From an uncultured Gammaproteobacteria bacterium (lineage in GTDB: Bacteria > Patescibacteriota > Microgenomatia > UBA12405): DNA of 64,000 nucleotides. The notes beneath the pieces are model-generated. The model did no database searches and was not told the DNA's origin. It worked only from the letters and a program-made list of their open reading frames with translations. Positions 58,033 through 64,000 of this stretch are shown here, piece by piece. The translations under genes and the position numbers were made by a program. Where the stretch lies: the NCBI GenBank assembly GCA_964408995.1, contig CAYPBP010000004.1:16618-80617 (forward strand), given 5' to 3'. Position 1 is the first letter of the stretch. Every line of letters starts with the position of its first letter.

Positions 58033-59850
58033 GTGGCACAAATATATCCAGACATAAAAAATATTAATAAGTTAAAGGTCCGACCTACTTCAGGAGAATG
58101 TCAACTTTTAAATTTTTTAATAAAAAATCTTTCTAATGATTTTGAGGTATATTTTCAACCTTATATTAACGGAGATAGACCAGATATAGTTATTGTAAAA
58201 AAGAATTCAGGAGTTTTAATTATTGAAGTTAAAGATTGGAATTTGGGTAGTTACGAAATTGATAGTAATAAAAATTGGTATTTAAAGAAAATACAAAATA
58301 ATAGAGGACAAAAACAGATTATTAAATCACCCATATCTCAGGTTAAAGAATATAAAAATAATCTTTACAATCTACATATTGAAAATTTATTAGAAAGAAA
58401 GATAAATGACCCAAAATATTTTTCAATTGTTAATTGTGCTGTGTATTTTAGTAATGCTACCAAAAATGAAATTAATATTTTTTTTGAAAAAGAATTTAAA
58501 ACAGAAAATCAAGATCTGAAATATATTGATTTATTAGGAAAAGATGATTTAACTTTAGAAAAATTTAATAAAGTTTTATCAAAACGTCGATTAAACACAA
58601 AATCACATTTATTTGATGAAGAATTATATAACAGTTTTAAAAGGTTTTTCCAACCTCCAATTCACACTTTGGAGGAAGGAACTGAAATTAAATATTCTCC
58701 AAAACAAACTGAATTATCACAAAGCATGGTGGTTCAACAAAAAATTAAAGGTTTTGCTGGAAGTGGAAAAACTATACTTCTTGCCAAAAGAGCAGTTAAT
58801 TCCCATAAAAGAACCTCTTCAAAAGTCTTGATTTTAACCTACAATATAAGTCTTAAGAATTATATACACGATAAAATAAGTGATGTAAGGGAAGAATTTG
58901 AATGGAAATATTTTAATATTTCTAATTATCATCAATTTATTAATTCTGAAACAAATAACTTAAACATTTGTATTAAAAAACTTGAATCTTATGAAGACTT
59001 AAATTTATTTAATGGTTATGAAAATCAAATAGAAAAATATAAAACTATATTAATAGATGAAGTACAAGATTACAGAACACAATGGATACAAATACTGAAG
59101 AAATATTTTCTTGATGAAGATGGAGAGTTTGTAGTTTTTGGAGACGAAAAACAAAATATTTATAAAAGAATTTTAGATCAAGACAAAAAACCAAATACTA
59201 CTATTCCAGGTAGATGGATTGAGTTAAAAGAGTCTTTTAGACTAAGCGAAAAAATAATACATTTATCAACTAGATTTCAAAAATATTTCTTTAAAGAAAA
59301 ATATGATCTGGATGTAACCGAAAACATTGAACAGCATACTTTATTTTCTGAAGAGAATATAAAACATTATTTTTTCAAAAAAAAAGAATTATTACCAATA
59401 ATTAGCCAAATATCAAAAATAATAAAAGAAAAGAAAATCCATCCTAATAATATTTGTTTTCTTTCATCTAAAAAAGAAATATTAAGAGATATTGATTTTG
59501 AAATAAGAAACTCTTTTAAAGAACACACTAAAACAACGTTTGCAACAAAAGAAAGGTTTGAATCTCTAAAAAAAGAAAATGATATTAATTTTAAAAAAGT
59601 ATTAAAAGGTATTGATAAAAACAAGAAATTTAATTTTTGGATGAATGATGGAACAATGAAATTATCAACAATACATAGCTTTAAAGGATGGGAAATACCA
59701 ACACTATTCTTAATTATAAATAATAATGATGATGTTGATGAATTAATTTACACTGCTATAACAAGATGTAGATACAATTTGTTCATTATCAATATTGGAA
59801 ATCAAAAATATTATGATTTTTTTGAAAAAAATAAAGATTTGTTAAATTAA
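58033..59850 (+). CDS. NERD-domain nuclease fused to an SF1 (UvrD/AAA_19-like) helicase
   Basis: The N-terminus GECQLLNFL...GDRPDIVIVKKNSGVLIIEVKDW is a NERD domain. It has Walker A GFAGSGKT, Walker B ILIDEVQDY and a C-terminal UvrD_C-like GWEIPTLFLI. Confidence 0.7.
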   Translation: MAQIYPDIKNINKLKVRPTSGECQLLNFLIKNLSNDFEVYFQPYINGDRPDIVIVKKNSGVLIIEVKDWNLGSYEIDSNKNWYLKKIQNNRGQKQIIKSPISQVKEYKNNLYNLHIENLLERKINDPKYFSIVNCAVYFSNATKNEINIFFEKEFKTENQDLKYIDLLGKDDLTLEKFNKVLSKRRLNTKSHLFDEELYNSFKRFFQPPIHTLEEGTEIKYSPKQTELSQSMVVQQKIKGFAGSGKTILLAKRAVNSHKRTSSKVLILTYNISLKNYIHDKISDVREEFEWKYFNISNYHQFINSETNNLNICIKKLESYEDLNLFNGYENQIEKYKTILIDEVQDYRTQWIQILKKYFLDEDGEFVVFGDEKQNIYKRILDQDKKPNTTIPGRWIELKESFRLSEKIIHLSTRFQKYFFKEKYDLDVTENIEQHTLFSEENIKHYFFKKKELLPIISQISKIIKEKKIHPNNICFLSSKKEILRDIDFEIRNSFKEHTKTTFATKERFESLKKENDINFKKVLKGIDKNKKFNFWMNDGTMKLSTIHSFKGWEIPTLFLIINNNDDVDELIYTAITRCRYNLFIINIGNQKYYDFFEKNKDLLN

Positions 59851-59897
59851 TTCTTTAAAATCCAGCCATAAGTTTATTTAAATGTTAATATTGCTTA

Positions 59898-61640
59898 ATG
59901 GTAAAAAGGATAATTAATAAAATTATGTCTAAGTTAAAAATAATAATAATCTTATTTTCTTTAGTATTGATAAGTGTGTTTTTACTATTATTCCCTGCTT
60001 TTTATTTTAATAAGCTTGAATTTCAAATGAAATCAATTTATTCATCAATAGAATCTGTTAAAGGGGCATCTTTTGATAATGTTGAGCAAAGAAGTGGTCG
60101 AGAAGGAGGTCTAAAATCAAACGAAGAATATGAATATTATTCTGGTCTAATTAATGAGAATTTAAATAAAATGGATTCTCTTATTAATGACCATCAGAAT
60201 CTATTAGAAAAACAAGCTAAGATTACTTTTCTTTTGCCACCAAAATATAAAAAATACTACGGTCTTAAAAAGGAAGCCTTTGATAAGTATTATTTATCAT
60301 TAAGAGATTATAAAAAAGTCAAAGAATCTGAGAGTATTTTTTATTATGTATTAACAGAGCAAATCAAGTTCTCTAGTTTCATGAGAGATACTAGTGGTGG
60401 TAAAGATATAAGTATAGATTCTTTAAAAGAAGTAATTAACAAACTTCAAAAACTACAAATAAGTATTAAAGAAAATTTTGAAAAAGGTCTTTTAACTGAA
60501 AATTTTAATGATAAAGTGCCTAAAAAAATAAGTGTTTTTATTAGTGTTTACAATGTCGTGTTAGATTGGAAAGAAAAATTAGTTACAGATGATGAATTTT
60601 GGAATAAAATACTAAAAATAATAGACAACGATAATAATAACAAAGGTTATGATGTAGTAGAAATTATTTATGACTCAAGAATTAAAATTACTGATGTTAA
60701 AGGAAAAGAATGGATAAATCTTTATGACACATCAATAGAATTATCAAATAAAGCATCAGAATATTATTATAGTAATAAACTTTCTGATGATAATTTAAGT
60801 AAAATACTGTCAATTTATAATAAAAATTATCCTGAAAATAAAGAAAATAAAAACGATACAAAAATAGAAGAAAAATATATTGATTTAAACGGTGATGGTC
60901 AACAAGAAGTCCTACAGATAACAAGTAAAAATAGTAATGAAGCATATCCAGAGCTTATTTTGATTGCTTTTGATAAAAACAAGAAAGAAATTGGTAGATT
61001 ACCAGATAATTTTCCTGCCATAGATATACCTTTATCTAATACAGCCAGAGTATATACTCCAATTAAAAAAGATAAAAAACAATTTGTAAGTCTTGAATTT
61101 ATTCTTGGACCACATTCATCAGAGACCATGTTTTTTGGTTTATTCAAGTCGAAAGATGGAAATATGGGTATCATTCCAGTATGTTTAACTGATGATGTTG
61201 AAGATGCTAGAGATTGTTTATTTTGGTCTGGTGAAGTTGGTGATTTATGGGCTGATGATTATGATAAAGATGGGGTATTGGAAGTAGTGGAAATGGTTGA
61301 TGAATATCCAAAAGATGGACCATTAACTGATGAAATTAAAAATATCACCAATGAAACATTTGGAAAATTAGGCCAAAAAGCTAGTGATGGTGCTTTAAGG
61401 GTTTTAAAAAGAGAACAAGGTGGTAGAGGAAATAAGGTTATTTGGGCAATCTATAAATATAATGACAAATATTTTGAGAAACAATTAGGAAAAGATTACG
61501 ATAAATATTATGTTTTAGCGAAAGATCAGATTAGTAGTCTGTGGACTAAATATCCAAAAATAATTAAAAAGAGTGAGATAAGTAAAGATTCGTTGGAATA
61601 CAATGAATTTTTAAGAAACTATTGGCATGGAAATATGTAA
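59898..61640 (+). CDS. Membrane-anchored hypothetical protein whose 5' leader and N-terminus resemble 61694 and 41876
   Basis: One TM helix then a large low-complexity extracytoplasmic region. The 5' 46 nt are about 83% identical to IR-R. Confidence 0.45.
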   Translation: MVKRIINKIMSKLKIIIILFSLVLISVFLLLFPAFYFNKLEFQMKSIYSSIESVKGASFDNVEQRSGREGGLKSNEEYEYYSGLINENLNKMDSLINDHQNLLEKQAKITFLLPPKYKKYYGLKKEAFDKYYLSLRDYKKVKESESIFYYVLTEQIKFSSFMRDTSGGKDISIDSLKEVINKLQKLQISIKENFEKGLLTENFNDKVPKKISVFISVYNVVLDWKEKLVTDDEFWNKILKIIDNDNNNKGYDVVEIIYDSRIKITDVKGKEWINLYDTSIELSNKASEYYYSNKLSDDNLSKILSIYNKNYPENKENKNDTKIEEKYIDLNGDGQQEVLQITSKNSNEAYPELILIAFDKNKKEIGRLPDNFPAIDIPLSNTARVYTPIKKDKKQFVSLEFILGPHSSETMFFGLFKSKDGNMGIIPVCLTDDVEDARDCLFWSGEVGDLWADDYDKDGVLEVVEMVDEYPKDGPLTDEIKNITNETFGKLGQKASDGALRVLKREQGGRGNKVIWAIYKYNDKYFEKQLGKDYDKYYVLAKDQISSLWTKYPKIIKKSEISKDSLEYNEFLRNYWHGNM

Positions 61641-61674
61641 AATATTAATTCTGTAAGCAAATTTATATTTTAAA

Positions 61675-61728
61675 TAAATGCTATTATTGCTTAATGTTAA
61701 AAAAGATAATTAAATATATTTTTTCTTT
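61675..61728 (+). repeat. IR-R, the partner of IR-L (41842..41895)
   Basis: See IR-L. Confidence 0.85.
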
Positions 61729-62917
61729 CCACCCTACTTTATATTTTTTTATTGCCACAGTAGTTTTTAACTACATGGGAACTAAAACTGGAGAAGCAGC
61801 TGGTTATTTTGCCGAATTAGGAATCCTGTCTGGACTACTGTTTATGGTTTTAGTTCCTTCTGCTCTTAATGAATTTCTTGCTAATAATACTAAGAAAGTA
61901 GATTGGTTAATAGTTCTTCTAGCATCAATTATATTAGCGGCAGTAATGACTCTTCTTCCAGATTCAGTTTTTACTTTTGTTACAATGCCACTACTGGCCT
62001 TGTTCTTTGGTTTTATTATCTTTTTATTTTATCCACTATTTAGTCTTGTTCTTTGGTTATTTAACAAGATCCCTTTTAAAAAGATTCCTTTGAAAAAAAT
62101 TGAGAAAACATTAACCTATGAAAATATTTCATTAGAGTATAATAATTTTATGGAAATGATTAAAAAAATATTCAAAAATGTAACCCCAAATCTACTATTT
62201 ATTGGAGCCATAATTCTTTTGAGCACAATAATCTGGTCAAATGCTTTTTCTAAAAAAGAAATTAAAACATATAAAAATGCAGTTTCTGTTATTGGTGTAT
62301 CAACTAAAGATGTAGTTTCTGATAAAGCAATTTGGGTAATAACAATATCCAGAAAGAGTCTTGATAGATCCAAAAATATTAAAGAATTAACTGTTGATGA
62401 AAAATTAGTTAGAGAACACATTATTAACCTTGGTTTTGATAAACAAATACTTGGTTCTTCACGAATTGGTGTTGATACAATCTACAAAGCAAAAGAAAGT
62501 GGTTATGGTAATACTACAGAAATTGAAAATTATGAAACAAAATCAACTTTCACTATAGAAACAAAAGATGTTTACAAAGTTGGTGAAGGAGTTAATAAAT
62601 TAAGATTATATTGTGAAGAAAAAGGGATTGGTTTAATTGATAATAGAGCCGAATATACCTATACAAATTATGAATCTGAGAAAATACCTTTACTTAAAAT
62701 AGCTATATCTGATGCACAAGATAGAGCTAATGCTTTAGTTAATGCTTCTAGTGGAGTTTCTAAAACTTCAATTGGAAAAATATTAAGTGCTCAACAGGGT
62801 GTATTCCAAGTTAATAGCAAGAACGACAAGGATGTTGATGATTATGGTAACTTTGATACAACATCTATCGAAAAGACTATTAGAGCCACTGTGAGAGTCG
62901 ATTTTAATGCCGAATAG
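61694..62917 (+). CDS. Membrane protein with a C-terminal SIMPL (DUF541)-like domain
   Basis: An N-terminal multi-TM domain paralogous to 41397..41876. The C-terminus AQDRANALVNASSGVSKTSIGKILSAQQG resembles the SIMPL family. Confidence 0.5.
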   Translation: MLKKIIKYIFSFHPTLYFFIATVVFNYMGTKTGEAAGYFAELGILSGLLFMVLVPSALNEFLANNTKKVDWLIVLLASIILAAVMTLLPDSVFTFVTMPLLALFFGFIIFLFYPLFSLVLWLFNKIPFKKIPLKKIEKTLTYENISLEYNNFMEMIKKIFKNVTPNLLFIGAIILLSTIIWSNAFSKKEIKTYKNAVSVIGVSTKDVVSDKAIWVITISRKSLDRSKNIKELTVDEKLVREHIINLGFDKQILGSSRIGVDTIYKAKESGYGNTTEIENYETKSTFTIETKDVYKVGEGVNKLRLYCEEKGIGLIDNRAEYTYTNYESEKIPLLKIAISDAQDRANALVNASSGVSKTSIGKILSAQQGVFQVNSKNDKDVDDYGNFDTTSIEKTIRATVRVDFNAE

Positions 62918-62937
62918 TTAATAAAGGTTATTATTTA

Positions 62938-63915
62938 ATGTTTAAAAAAATAACTAGAATTTTATCTTTAATTGTTTTTATATTTGTTGTATCTAGTACT
63001 TTGATTTGGTTCTATTTAAATAAAGATGTAGAAACAGTAACAGAAGATACTGTAAATCTAATTACTGAAGACTTTGCAAAAGAAAAGCCTAAATCTGAAA
63101 AAATTTTTGATTATGGTAGTGAAGCTAGCAATGACCATATTGTTTTTAATATTGGCAAATTTGATTTTGAGTTTAATAGAGTAAAAGATTTAATGGACAC
63201 AAAGCTTGTTGTTAAAAATGGAACAAAAATATTAATTTCTAAAAAATACCCAAATGCTGTGTCCTCAATCTATAAAATTTTATTTAAAGATAAAAACATT
63301 ATTTTAGTGAATTATTATTCCGGTGGAGCACATTGTTGTTATATGGTAATTCCTTATCTTATTGATGGTGAAAAAGTTATTGAAGGAACAGAATTAGACC
63401 TTGGGAACATAGATATATTCTTCAAAGTTGATCCTTTTTTTATTAAGGATGACAAACTCTTTGTATTATCTCGTGATGATAGGTTTGCATATTTTGAAAT
63501 GAGCTATGCTGATTCTTCAAACACAATGTTTTTTACTAGTTTTCATGAATTATCACTTGAACCTTTAGGGTTTATAAATAGAAGCGAATTGTTTGTTGAT
63601 CATTACAAAGAACTCTACACTGGAGCTAGTAAGGATTTAAAAGAAAAAATAACTCAAGAAAATTGTGCTAAAGATGAAATAACCAAACAACCAATTTTTG
63701 GAAATTTGGTTTTAAAACATATTTATGGATTGTTAGCAGGAATTAATAGAAATAGGCTTAAATTAGAAATGTCAGGTGATTGGTGGTGTTTTCCTGGAAA
63801 AAATTTGGATGAAATTGAAGAGAAAATTTATAAATCCTTAACAGAAAGTGGAGAAAGTGAAGATTTTGCTGGTGAAAATATACAGAAAAATTATGGAAAG
63901 ATAATTGGGCAATAA
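62938..63915 (+). CDS. Membrane-anchored hypothetical protein
   Basis: An N-terminal TM helix and no recognisable domain. Confidence 0.4.
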   Translation: MFKKITRILSLIVFIFVVSSTLIWFYLNKDVETVTEDTVNLITEDFAKEKPKSEKIFDYGSEASNDHIVFNIGKFDFEFNRVKDLMDTKLVVKNGTKILISKKYPNAVSSIYKILFKDKNIILVNYYSGGAHCCYMVIPYLIDGEKVIEGTELDLGNIDIFFKVDPFFIKDDKLFVLSRDDRFAYFEMSYADSSNTMFFTSFHELSLEPLGFINRSELFVDHYKELYTGASKDLKEKITQENCAKDEITKQPIFGNLVLKHIYGLLAGINRNRLKLEMSGDWWCFPGKNLDEIEEKIYKSLTESGESEDFAGENIQKNYGKIIGQ

Positions 63916-64000
63916 AAGATTAATTATGTAGATAAATTTCTAGTCTAGTGTTTAAAAATTCTTTTAAAGCTTTTATTGTAGATCGAATAACTACTATAAA

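Larger units (their letters stand above)
41842..61728. mobile_element. Putative integrated or invertible genomic island, about 19.9 kb and bounded by 54-bp inverted repeats
   Basis: Inverted repeats at both ends, with a large serine recombinase adjacent to IR-L. The cargo is an XRE regulator, phage-like remnants and restriction-modification and defence genes. Confidence 0.55.

Overview
This is an AT-rich 64-kb bacterial chromosomal window with compact, often overlapping genes. tRNAs lack an encoded CCA, TGA acts as a stop codon, transketolase is split, and there are many short membrane and hypothetical ORFs. Together these suggest a small-genome, possibly CPR/Patescibacteria-like organism, which is inference only.

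Positions 1-41,800 are mostly housekeeping genes:
- a partial transketolase N-subunit, an ECF sigma factor, YjbQ, IspG and IspH;
- a secreted SNase-like nuclease with an Excalibur domain, and IMP dehydrogenase;
- tRNA-Cys and a GIY-YIG protein;
- groES-groEL with a CIRCE-like operator, an MBL hydrolase, enolase, iPGM and a U32 peptidase;
- an XRE regulator, an ABC-F ATPase and IleRS;
- a glycan or compatible-solute-like cluster (RfaE-II-like adenylyltransferase, a His-phosphatase-GT4 fusion and a GT2-HAD fusion);
- hsp20 with a structured leader, three tRNA-Ser and a tRNA-Arg;
- a Nudix-HAD-Ham1 nucleotide-sanitising operon;
- FolC, YhhQ, MATE, a CAP-domain protein and rubrerythrin;
- an AI-2E transporter.

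Positions about 41,840-61,730 look like an accessory island bounded by a 54-bp inverted repeat (2 mismatches) that spans the start codons of two paralogous membrane-protein genes. It carries a large serine recombinase, an XRE regulator and phage-like remnants (a ParB-methyltransferase fusion and a small HTH protein). It also carries a Sau3AI/MutH-like endonuclease paired with a C5-cytosine methyltransferase. The most notable content is a tightly packed five-gene operon: a ParB-like protein, an SNF2 helicase, a DUF3883-like protein, a Cas4/RecB-like Fe-S nuclease fused to a PolB-type exonuclease, and a DUF2130/RmuC-like protein. A separate NERD-SF1 helicase gene follows. This operon is the best candidate for an undescribed multi-nuclease defence system.
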